A stretch of 64,000 nt of DNA, taken from assembly GCA_964035545.1 (NCBI GenBank), contig OZ037770.1, positions 7,508,973 through 7,572,972 on the forward strand, read 5' to 3'. The number at the start of each line of letters is the position of its first letter. The first letter of the stretch is position 1. Made by a program: the position numbers and the translations under genes. Source of the DNA: Bugula neritina. Its lineage: Eukaryota; Animalia; Bryozoa. Under the pieces are notes generated by a model that was not told where the DNA came from, searched no databases, and worked only from the letters and a program-made list of their open reading frames with translations. This document shows positions 1 to 12,800 of the stretch, one piece after another.

Positions 1-483
1 ATAATTATGACCGTATAAGTATGTTGTCTAATCGCCAAAGTAATAACTAAATAACGACGTTTACAAGGAGTTATTACTCCTATTTTAAAATTGGCCGATT
101 AAGTTATCACAGTACAACAATTTTTAGCCTGTACAATGCAATGCAACTCGGTGAAATTTCAACCCGGCCAAATTGAAATTCTGACCGAAAATCGTGAAGG
201 TATAAAGGCAACTTTAGTCTTAGCAGATTTTTCTCTGTTAGGTATTTGCTCCTGTTCTGTTAGTAAATAGTTTTATTCTGTTCTGTTGACTTATTTCCCA
301 ATTTCTATCAAAAGCCAGCTAATATTTGTCTCATCTTTATATATCATATTTATATGTTGTCTCTATTTTGCCCAGCACTACACTAATATTTCTTATCTCT
401 TATTCTGTCTGATTTTTTTTCAACAGATGCTGGTTCTAAAGCTCCACTTCTGATGCTTTTTTCCTGTTTGTTTTGATATCAAT

Positions 484-3348
484 AGAGGGGTTTCAGACAT
501 CCCTCCAGAGGAATTTGTATTTTAAAGTTGTCTCCCCCTAAAGGTATTGGGGGCAGTCTCCATGATATATAGAAGGCCCATAAAATAAGTAGAGATGTAA
601 GGTTTGAGTGAAGACTACTACTAGTATATGTTTCATTTTTTCTGAGATTAATATTTTGGCATAGATACACATATGAGCAGTTTCAGAAATTTTTTAAAAA
701 ATTTTGTTAATGATAAATGGCACAAAAAGAAAACTTCAAAGCATATTTGTGGTTTTGGTTATTGAGCAAATCTGAAGCTGGCAGCTGTCATTATTTGCTT
801 TGCTGACTGTAACCAGTCTGGTTAGAGCTGCTAACCTTTCAACTCTTAGAACAATAATAACATGCTCGTACACTATATAGCTGCACTAGTGGGCTCTGTC
901 TTACTGAACTCCAAATGCTCCAAATTATGGGTTGGAACACATGCCTGTACGTTTATGAAGGCACTGGCTCATTTGTATTAACATGTTCACGTACTTACAC
1001 ACCTATAGTATGAAAATAACTAAGCCACCCTACTATCTAATATTTCTATATATCAAAAAAATTATTATAAATATAAAGATATGTATTAAAATAGATAGAT
1101 TAAGTTTTGTAATTTCAAACAACATCTTATCTAAAAATGCCAAACACTGTATAACTATATATATTTTTTAAAAGCATTTGTTTACATGGCATGCCTGCAA
1201 GTCAATGAAAATATTTAGAGAACAGTAAAAAGAAGCATATAAATTTCAGAATAGTTTCTTCTTTTCTGAGATGAATATTTTGGAAATGTCCCACAATTCA
1301 ACATTTAAATTAAGTCTGTAAAAAAAATTCACAGTGTATTTTCAATAAATAACTATTCTTGCAAGCTGTTTGTATACCAACATTCCTAATAAAAAAATGT
1401 TTTTGGAGCATTGTAAATTGTATACTGCTGCATTGCAGAAAAAAAATCATCAAAAAAAAGCACTTTTCAGCCAAAGCAACTTATTTTGTTTGCAAAAAAA
1501 AAGTTGAAATGTACATTTAGTACCAGCTGTAAAATATAGAAAGAATGAACTATGTCATAATGACTGCATTCTTATGACACTAATAAAATTAAGATTGGCT
1601 TTACTCCATACGGATCTTGCTCAAAGGTGGAGTTCTAAATAATGCTACAAAGTTTCACTAAATTCCCAGATAATACTTTTTATATCAAATCATTTGGCTT
1701 TACTGATTTAGCTATATTATGTACATTTTGTACTTATTTATCTCTAGGTCAGTTTTCAGCCATATATTTGACGGCATTGCTATACTTCCTTTGTGTCAGC
1801 ATTCTCTCCTTTATATCTTTTCTGTGGTTTCTAATAATTTTCAGTGGTATGTCACTGTATGTAAACTATGTGAACCATCAGGCTATCTCTTATACAATGC
1901 ATGCTGCTATAAGAATAATAGCAGCTGTTTTGTATTCAATCAACCTCGTTGCAAGAATTTTGTTTGCTTGAAGCGCTCTGTTGAGTAGCTGTCTCTCTAT
2001 AATACATAACTGCTTATTCAAGAAAGTGCACGATGAGAACTGTCCAACTTTAGCTGTCTAACTTAAATTACATTATATAGGATTACATCACTACATAATA
2101 AGCTGATTAAACAACACATATAAATCGGCCAAAAACACCACACACTTGACTAGCTCTAGTTTGACTCATTTATATTTTGAGTTTTTCACATTACTTGAAC
2201 ATGCTTTAGCCAATTTGTTGCATTATTTTTCATCCATACATGTAATACAAAGATTTAGTATATTATTTTTTAGGTTTGGATTGTCTAATAGGCAGGTATC
2301 GCAGATATTTAATCAGACTGTGAAGTTGCTTAGAGAAGCTCTAAATCCAATGATAGTATTTTATCAACACAAGGAGGTTAATAAAACAATTCCACCTCAA
2401 TGAACTTTGACCTAGTTAACTAGACCACTGTAAAATGGCATGCTAGAACAAACACAAACCAGCTTGCAAGAATAATTACTCATTGAAAATACACTGTGAA
2501 AAATTCTTTTACAGACTTAATTTAAATGTTGAATTGTGGGACATTTCCAAAATATTCATCTCAGAAAAGAAGAAACTATTCTGAAATTTATATGCTTCTT
2601 TTTACTGTTCTCTAAATATTTTCATTGACTTGCAGGCATGCCATGTAAACAAATGCTTTTAAAAAATATATATAGTTATACAGTGTTTGGCATTTTTAGA
2701 TAAGATGTTGTTTGAAATTACAAACTTAATCTATCTATTTTAATATATATCTTTATATTTATAATAATTTTTTTGATATATAGAAATATTAGATAGTAGG
2801 GTGGCTTAGTTATTTTCATACTATAGGTGTGTAAGTACGTGAACATGTTAATACAAATGAGCCAGTGCCTTCATAAACGTACAGGCATGTGTTCCAACCC
2901 ATAATTTGGAGCATTTGGAGTTCAGTAAGACAGAGCCCACTAGTGCAGCTATATAGTGTACGAGCATGTTATTATTGTTCTAAGAGTTGAAAGGTTAGCA
3001 GCTCTAACCAGACTAGTTACAGTCAGCAAAGCAAATAATAATGACAGCTGCCAGCTTCAGATTTGCTCAATAACCAAAACCACAAATATGCTTTGAAGTT
3101 TTCTTTTTGTGCCATTTATCATTAACAAATTTTTTTAAAAAATTTCCGAAACTGCTCATATGTGTACCTATGCCAAAATATTAATCTCAGAAAAAATGAA
3201 ACATATACTAGTAGTAGTCTTCACTCAAACCTTACATCTCTACTTATTTTATGGGCCTTCTATATATCATTGAGACTGCCCCCAATACCTGTAGGGGGAG
3301 ACAACTTTAAAATACAAATTCCTCTGGAGGGATGTCTGAAACCCCTCT
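484..3348. mobile_element. Non-autonomous fold-back DNA transposon with ~890-bp inverted arms, ISL2EU/PIF-Harbinger (PHIS)-like
   Basis: 484..~1372 is the near-perfect reverse complement of ~2455..3348. Termini are AGAGGGGTTTCAGAC...GTCTGAAACCCCTCT, flanked by AT on both sides (482-483, 3349-3350); a TA-TSD reading with GAG..CTC ends is equally possible. The core contains a transposase HTH relic (next feature). Confidence 0.85.
2230..2403 (+). pseudogene. Degenerate transposase fragment (HTH region upstream of an IS5/ISL2EU/Harbinger-type DDE domain)
   Basis: Translation FRFGLSNRQVSQIFNQTVKLLREALNPMIVFYQHKEVNKTIPPQ resembles the pattern xRFGxSxxxVSxIFxxxxxxLxxxLxxxIxWPxxEExxKxxP of HTH_Tnp_4-containing transposases. 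Recognised by eye, not by search. Confidence 0.6.
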
Positions 3349-3834
3349 ATTTTATTATGGTGTCTAATCTGCCTTACTGGCTTGTAACAGGATACCACCA
3401 TACCAAGGAATCAGGAATATGTGGTGCTTAAACAGTAGTTGTGTTCTGGGATCTTCTCTTTCAGAATTAAATTTAGTCCTTTCTTAACTTCATCTCTGAA
3501 TTTCTTTTAATTCTGTTGAATTTTTCTTGCCGTTTTGTGAGCCCGGCTTGCAGTGTCTTAGCAAAACATTTATTTGATCTCACTTCAGATCAGTTTGACG
3601 AAGTTTTACCTATAGAGCTAAGAGAGTGGATTTTTATCAAATTTGTTCTCCCTCAAATATTTTCTAATAATGGTAAATTGATTTAATTGATTGACCAGTA
3701 GTTGGTAGTTATAGGTTATTCTAGTGTGTCATTGGAACTTTAAGTTTGACTATAAACTCACTTTGCATGCCTGTAAATTTCTACATATCAGCATAAAATT
3801 GTTGTAGATACCTCTAAGTTACGAAGTTGATATT

Positions 3835-6800
3835 ATGGACACAGCGTCACTTCAGCAACATTTATTTTTATTGTTATACCTTATGGTGTTGAAGATTCCT
3901 AGTGCTACAGGTGAGTATTAGTAGCTGGGCAGAATTACACAGCTCATGTGACCACAAATGTGTTCTATTCTTCACAAGTTGCATGAAAACTTTGTGGACT
4001 TGACTTGTTTCTAGAGGTTTGTAGGGTTCATCCTGTATCCATTGTAGTGATCTCTTGCAATCAGAATAAGACTGTCACCATACTTTTGTAAAAATTAATG
4101 CAACGGTCAGTAGGCATCAAACTGGTATGCATAACTTAGCATATAGGCATATGAGTTGGAGTTATATTGATCTCAGTCATGAAGCACACAACTGTATAAA
4201 AGAGTATCAACATGGTGCCCTAGTACACCAATATTCTTCGCATCAATGTAAAAATAGATAATGGTGAGCAATTATAGGCTAATTATGGAATGTTTTGTAT
4301 GAGTAATTACTTGTAGTAGACATGCTGTATAGATGTTTGTTCAAGAAATTTGATGCTCTGAATCTCTCAGGAAATTGGCTTTATACGTTTTGATCTAGGC
4401 ATTGCTTTTGCAAAGGAAAACCTCCATTTATATCCTATAGTTATTATAAGATAGATTCCTGCTCTATAGTTCTCATGCCATATATACTTTTTGCAATGAT
4501 TAAGTTTATAAGTATCATCAACTTACACTGTTTCCATCCCTGTGAGAACCTCTGATTACAAAACGCGGCCTCTCATCATGCTGCTTGCATGGTTCTAGGA
4601 CTCTCTGCTTAGGCACAGGAGCAATTATGATTGGATGATTTTCCTGACATCATCAATGGCTTGAACTTGACCCTGTGACCTGCGTTACACTAGTCCTGAG
4701 TTTCTGGCTAATAATTTGCATCAACAATTGTATTATCAATCATTATAACGAACATATATGTAAACAAAACTTATACACAGCTATAAAACTGGCTTATGGC
4801 TAATTGCTGTTAAAATGTTGTTGAATCAAATGGAAATACACTTCGCTAATCTGGAAAATCAACAAGATTCTAAGGCTAAAACTGTTGGACCTGGGGGAAT
4901 TTGCTTACAGATGTCTTCATTATTAGTTATTGATATAGATTTTCAGAAGCTAAGGGAAAATTAAACCCTGTAGACATCATATTGTGAAAATAACGAACAT
5001 AACCTTGTACAGTAGTTGATGGAGAAAGGTAAAAATAATGATTCCTAAATGCAATGATCTTTTTGCCTGTGTTCGAGACAGTCTCTTACTGTCATGTCTA
5101 AACCGAGCTGTAAAATTATTCTAATTTGGAGTAATATAACATCAAAGAATACTAAATTATATTTAAATACTTTTAAGACCTTAAAAAATATTTCAACAAT
5201 TTTTTTGCAGTTTTGCTAGTTTCATTCTAAAATAAGAGTTCTGCTGAGATATCACTGCATTGAAAGCTTAACTTCTTTTTGAAACCCATTTTCAAAATGA
5301 AAACTTTGATTTATTTATTTACACAGGCGTGACTCGAAGAGTGGAAATGAATTCAGCACTGCACCTGGAATGTAGAATGAATCAGTTCATAAAAATCAAC
5401 AGAGTTATATTAGGACGGAAGCAACCATCTTGCTCTTACACATTGAGGTAAGTTACTTCTCACAAAAGGTTTCAGTTTGAACTGTAAGCATTTCAGCCAT
5501 GCACATTCTTAGCCAATTTTAGCTTGCACATTTCCTTTATTAGGTGTGCAGGTATAATCTTAGTTAAATTTAGTGAAACTGATTTTTGAACTAATCGATG
5601 CTTGCAGATTAGAAAACTCCTTTTTAAATTCAGCTACTTTCTGATAGAAAAAGCATTATAAAAGATACTTTTTAATGTAACGATTATCATAAATGACATA
5701 ATGAAGATCATTTTTGTTTGGTTGGTTAGTGCATATGATTACTTTTTAAATACTTAACTTTCCTTTAATGTGTCACAATAGTACATTCAGTGCGTTTGTT
5801 TTTATTTTGAAATGGTTATATAAGATTTGTTTAGTCCTTTATTTTTCACTCAATTCAAATTTAAACTTCTGATGTTTTGAAAATTTTCAGCTTGTACAAA
5901 ACATATCTGTTTCCAGTTTCAACTAAATGTGAAAAGGGCAACACAATATCTTGGTTAAATATTCAATACTCTCTTCAATCTTAACGAAATTGGTTAATCT
6001 TCAAAGGGATTACAGCACTAAATTTATTTCTTACCTCTTCTCATCTTCTAAATTGCTTGCTTTCGTCAAATATTCTTTTGAAAGTCTCGTAAAATGTAAA
6101 TGCATATCTGTTTTTTAAGTTGCTCAAAATGGCAATATTCTATGAAGAGATCTTAGTTGTAATTTATTGTACCTAATATAGTCAACATTTTTGAAATTCA
6201 CCAAAGTGTTTAAAATGAAGTTAAACTCATGCCTATCCTCTCAATGGTGCCATTTCACTGTACATTTAGTGCCGAGCATAATGACTATCAAAGGGTGATA
6301 ACTGAGTGCTCTGGGCTGCAGTCGTGCTCCAACATAGTGCTGAAACACTCTACTGAAATCCCCTGTGCCGGCACTGGCCTACATGCATCTCATTACATGG
6401 ATGTGGATTACACTTGCGTTGCAGGTGAGATCAACTACTTACTACATGTATATGTAGCTACCAGACATTCCATTGTAACTCAAGTAAAGGTACTCTTGTA
6501 GCAAATAGTTTTATACTCCCAATTCTAGATTTCACTTTTGGTGAAAGCATTTATCTGTAGCAAAGTCTTATGGTTTTATGTTGGAAGTGGATCAGCAGTT
6601 CTGGTGGTGAGATTTGTTATCAGTTGGTGTTGAAATTGCAATAGCTGAAATTGATGTTGCAATAATTGGTAATGATAATTTGTTGTTATTGTTAGTATTT
6701 GAGGTGTGAATAATTATTAATACTAGAATAGTTTAGAATAATTTAGGCTACATAATTGTATTTTTTTAATTGAAAGAATTTTATAAATAAACTAAATTGT

Positions 6801-9800
6801 AAACTGGTGTAATCTTCAATAATTATAAATATCGTCATAGTAAATAAAAGTATTTATTTATAATCATTGACCATAATGCATATGTGCTAATAATCCTTTT
6901 TGCTCAAAAAAGTGGATAGAATTTGGTAGTTGTTTATCATGCAACTAGTGAAAGTATTTGAGGTAGAAGGTTAGTAGTTAAGTAGTTGAGATAGTAGTTA
7001 GTAGAAGCTCAAAGTCTGTAGCCTATAAAATAGAGATTATAAATAAACATCAGGTGATGAATTTTAATGACACTTTTTCATCAAAGTGTGATTCTTCCAC
7101 TATCTATACTGACTCCACAACAGCATAGGTCAAGAGCTGTTGAACTTATTCTGTACCCAAGTTTACACCAATTGCATGCAGTTGGCCTATCTCAAGCTGG
7201 TAGAGTCATACAGTGTAAACATTTCCCAATGGCTTATTGAACATTTTGTCTGTAATGCTTTGAAAGTTAAAAATAAATATTTTTCACATACAACTATGCT
7301 TACATATTATCATAAGAATGTTTTGCACAATCATAACATCAAAGTGTTTTGAAGACTCATTTCTAGTCTCAACTTTTGACACAGTTGCTGTGATTCATGC
7401 TGAGATAGCTCATGAAAAGTGCTTCGTTACTGCTAACAAAGGGTTTTGTGTTCTCAACTTAACTCTGATCCTCCTAGTCATTGCAGTGTTAATAGGTAGG
7501 GAATGCTGCTGAAATTGTAATATAATAAAGCACAGATAACATGGTACACAACATTGTAAGCTGTAGCTATACAGAGCAATTGAACATCTGCTTTAAACTG
7601 TGCGTTATACCTTTTGTGAATCACAAAACTCTGTTTACAAGTAAAGGTTGTGCTATACAATATGCAATTGTTTTACAAAATATTTGGTAGCATAGTTATC
7701 TTTAGTGGAAGGCACTTGTTGGCACTTGTCCCACAATTTTACTATTTACGTTATTGACGTCAAGTTTATGTGAACTTGTAATACTCACCAAATACTTGGA
7801 ATAAAAACCTACAGTGTGATTATATTTTTATTGCTGTTTTTTTTTTTTATTGAATCCTTAAGGCTTCTATTAGGTCTTTTGCTTTAATGATGAACTGAGT
7901 ACTCAGGTGTTGCATAAAGATTTAAAGTTTTGTTGGATGTGTTAAATTTGCTTCTGTTTTAGATTATGCAATGGTGAGCATGTGCCATGATACTGTGAGA
8001 GCAGTTGCATTGTTCGAGGGCTATATAGCTAGTCCTGGCTACCCATCCCAACCCACTTTGTCAGCTTCTAAAGGAGCCGGCAACACTTCTAGTTGGCCAG
8101 AAGTTGTCTGCTCCTGTCAAATCAGCTCCCTTTCCCCAAACACCCGGTTACAGTTGCTCTTGATTGAAGTGCCTAGTTCCAAACGGGTAGGCTATCCTTT
8201 CTGTCTCACAATTTGAAACTAATTTTGCTGAGCATATTTTGTGCTTTACGGAGATTTTAAATGAAAATCTGCACTACATTTCTTTTGTTTCTATATTTGA
8301 ATTGGTGCTCCAATAAAACTACTCTAAAGTCTAAATAGATAATGCAGTCATATAAACATAAACAATAATGGCCAACATTTAGTTGTTGCTCTCTGTTTGT
8401 TTCTACTCTCTCACTCTGAATTAATTATTATTAATGTTTAATTTAAATTAAAAAGGCATTACACAATAAGCTGCACTTCAGTAGTATGTTATAGCTGATT
8501 ATTATATTAATTCATAATGATTTTATTCACACACAAATTATGTGGTTATGATTGATTGACCTGCCTCCATACACTTCATCAGTGCAAAGAGCTCTCCCAG
8601 TGTTTAAATCCTGCATGTTTCATTCACTGAAATATAAACCTCTAAGGAGTTATATACTGAGTTATGTTTCAGTGACTTGAGTTGTATGGAGCTGTTCCCA
8701 TTAATAGAATCATATGTAAGAATAATACCCAAAGTTCCTGCATATTTCTATTACAACAGTTCAGTAACTACACTGCACCCATGTCTTAAATAGACACTTG
8801 CACTCAAACAATAGGTAGAGTATCATTTGCAGTGATTTAGGTTGTCAAAAGAAGATTATTTTATTAAAATGATATTTTGGTCATACTGTATTGGGTTAAC
8901 TTACACAGTGAGACCAACCTTTGGTCACTCAACTATTATGAGTCATTAATGAGTCACTGGTCAATAATCTATTTCACAGCCCCTTGCATTTAGCCTATGT
9001 ATAAAGTATTACAGCTTGCATTGCTTTGAAGGCAGTCATAATAACATATCACTTTTGGGTTTCAAATAATAGGGCTATAGCTCTCATACCAATGGGTGTG
9101 AGTAATGCAAAGGATTAGCAATATTAAAATATACTCTTTTATTTAATAATGTTATTATTGTTTAATTCTATACATGTGTATACACGTGTATACATGTGTA
9201 TACATGTGTATACACGTGTATACATGTGTATACATGTATACATGTGTATACATGTGTATACATGTATACATGTGTATACATGTGTATACATGTGTATACA
9301 TGTGTATACACATGTATACACATGTATACATGTATACACATGTATACACGTGTATACACATGTATACACATGTATACACGTGTATACACATGTATACACA
9401 TGTATACACATGTATACATGTGTATACATGTGTATACATGTGACAGTGCCAGCAGAACAATTAATTGCCTGCCCCTTCAAAGTAATTACATCCCATACTA
9501 ATTTTAATTGTATCAACACATCTGTCACCCAGTCTATTTGCTGTAACCTGACATTCTCATGGTTTGCTCATATTCTGAGAACTTGGCTACTTTCTGAGGG
9601 TGGTTAACTGTGGTGGTTTTGAATAGTAATCTGATTTCTTAGCCTGTGTGTTATTGGCTAAGTAGTTAGTTAAACTAGGAGCAAGTGTTTATTTGCCCTT
9701 TGTTGTTATTGGATACATAAACTACTCATGCAGCACAAGACACCAGAGTGTTCTCAAACCTGTTTTACACAGACATTTCAGAAGAGAGACGTTATGTTGA

Positions 9801-12800
9801 AATTAAGAAATCTCGTAGGATAGAATTAACTGCTTTAATTGTTAATGTAGGCAATTGAACAAAAGCTTTTCTTTAAATGAACAATTAATGCTTAGTATAC
9901 ATGTTCAAATATGTCATAAATATGTTTTGAGACTGAATATTTTCTTATTTTAAAAGGAAAGAACTACAAAACTAAGTTAATGTTTCAATACTACGTAGTC
10001 GAAGTCAGATACTAGCAATCAGCCAACAAATATATAAATAATATTTTTCTAAACTATTAGCCCAGAAAGTTGCTACCTGTATTACCTACTGTGTATTCAC
10101 ATTGTGGCTCAATAATTATAACCTAAGAAGTTGTCTTTGCGCTAATCAAATAATCAAATCAGTTTTGTATGCCAGCTAAATTCTAGTTATTTAAATTAAT
10201 AAATATTGCTTAATTTTTATATTTGCATTTTATTTACACTCTGGTTATAGGTCTGCACTGTCATACATACACTCTGTAAGTCTACACTGTGACACTTACA
10301 CTATGTAGGTCTACACTGTGACACTTACACTATGTAGGTATACACTGTGACACTTACACTCTGTAGGTATACACTGTCATACATACATTCTGTAGGTATA
10401 CACTGTGACACTTACACTCTGTAGGTATACACTGTCATACGTACACTCTGTAGGTATACACTATCATACATACACTCTGTAGGTATACACTGTCATACTT
10501 ACACTCTGTAGGTATACTTGCAGGTTAAGCTAGCAGATGGTAATGGCACTAGATATTTATGTCTCAATAGAACCCAGAAAAGCTGTATGAATGATCTGTA
10601 CGTCACATCCTATCCCACTGTCAACATCACATACAAGCCTCTTCATATTTATAATTCCAAGTTTCTGTTGCAGTACAGTACAGGTGAGTGAGAGGTCATT
10701 GAGAATTGAGTATTTTGTAATTTAGTAGATATGACCGCTGCCTGCAGTGCATATTGTTTATTTGTAGTCCATTTTATGCTCACTGTGTATTATACTTTTT
10801 GAGAGTTATTCTATCTTATACCCTCTGTAAGTTATCCTATCTCTCACTTTCTAAGAATTATCATATCTCGTACTCTCCAAAAGCCATCATATCCAGTACT
10901 CTCTAAGAGTTATCCTATCTCGTACTCTCTAAGAGTTATCTTATCCTGTACTCTCTAGGAGTTATTCTATCTCGTACTCTCTAGGATTTATCATATATTT
11001 TACTCTAAACATTAATATAGATTCCCAAGTATTTTATTTTACCTAAACTTTGCTAAAATACACAGCTAACACCATATTCTCTGAGCACTAGTAAAGATGT
11101 GGCCGGGAATATAATGAACCTAAATCATGTTTATTTTACCACAATGTCAACTATCAAGTAGCCATAGTTCTAATATACATGATACTACATTGTAGTCGGC
11201 CAAAGGAGTAGGGCGAGGGTTGTCTGCTCAAAGACATGGAACATCCCAGTGAGCTCACCCACATTGAAATCACACCCCACGTCCCCTGGTAATACTGATG
11301 AAGTACCAGGTTTGTATTCAGTAATACAGACTAAGACTAGTGTTGCTGATGATAGAACTTACTCATTAGGCACACAGTTATGCCAACAAGATATAGGAAT
11401 TTCTCAAGTCCTAGCAATTTTCAGCAGTGCATTCCCTGCTGCTTGGAATTAAATAAGTAAAAAATGTGAAAAAATTAACATAAAAAGGAGCTGAATGATG
11501 ACCAATTGAAGCATGCAGAAAATTTAGTATATATCATGGAGGCTGTTCACAGTAGTAGGGGAAGGGGTGGTGAGTCTCACAACCCCTTCCCCCCATCTAT
11601 CCAGAGTGAAGACACTCAGACTAAGCAGCTGAATTTAGGGTTGTCAAATTTCATTCAGCTTGTAAGGAAACTATGTTCTTAGTTAACATTTATTGGTAAC
11701 TTAAAAGGTGTAAAATATGTTATACTGTGACATGTTATACTGTGACATGTTATACTGTGACACGTTGTACTGTGACATGTTATACTGTGACATGTTGTAC
11801 TGTGACATGTTATACTGTGACATGTTGTACTGTGACATGTTATACTGTGACATGTTGTACTGTGACGTGTTATACTGTGGCATGTTGTACTGTGACATGT
11901 ACTGTGACATGTTATACTGTGACATGTTCCTATATTTTTTCTCATTATCAGAGGAGCAGCTTGAAGGTTGCCTAGTTACTTGTATTATTTTTAAGTTTTG
12001 CAAGCCCTAATAATTGTTTTACGTATATTTTTAGTGGAAACTTTTAGTTTAGAAGCTAAAGTAGGTGTCCTTACAGCAGCAGTCTTCCTGGTGATTTGCA
12101 TTCTATTTACAGTAATATGCAGGTATGTTATATAGAGTATAATTTATATTATATACAGTATATGCACATATGCTATATACAGTATAATTCATATTATATA
12201 CCACTGTATAACTCTAACCGCTGTATACAGGCATTTCTATGATGTAGATGCTGGATCCGCCATAAAGAAGGCACTTTTCCTCCATTTGAAACCTACGTGA
12301 GAAATAAAACTGCAATGTGCAGTGATGAGTATGCTACTATACGTAAGTATACAGTGATGAGTATGCTACTATACGTAAGTATACAGTGATGAGTATGTTA
12401 CTATACGTAAGTATACAGTGATGAGTATGGTACTATACGTAAGTATACAGTGATGAGTATGATACTATACGTAAGTATACAGTGATGAGTATGATACTAT
12501 ACGTAAGTATACAGTGATGAGTATGATACTATACGTAAGTATACAGTGATGAGTATGATACTATACGTAAGTATACAGTGATGAGTATGATACTATACGT
12601 AAGTATACAGTGATGAGTATGATACTATACGTAAGTATACAGTGATGAGTATGATACTATACGTAAGTATACAGTGATGAGTATGATATTATACGTAAGT
12701 ATACAGTGATGAGTATGATACTATACGTAAGTATACAGTGATGAGTATGATACTATACGTAAGTATACAGTGATGAGTATGGTATTATACGTAAGTATAC

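Noticed and set aside
427-476. Possible terminal exon of an upstream gene after a strong acceptor (TTTTTTTCAACAG)
   Set aside because: Only ~16 codons and no upstream context in the window; cannot be supported.
479-3431. Twin ORFs 479-670 (-) and 3162-3431 (+) as a duplicated gene
   Set aside because: They are the two arms of the inverted repeat, begin at GTG and have no recognisable product.
9139-9607. Six overlapping HVYTCI ORFs
   Set aside because: Artefact of the stop-free 10-bp repeat.
12231-12300. Acceptor at 12230 giving an early stop for gene 1
   Set aside because: The acceptor at 12247 keeps the frame through two further phase-compatible exons; 12230 can be at most a minor alternative.
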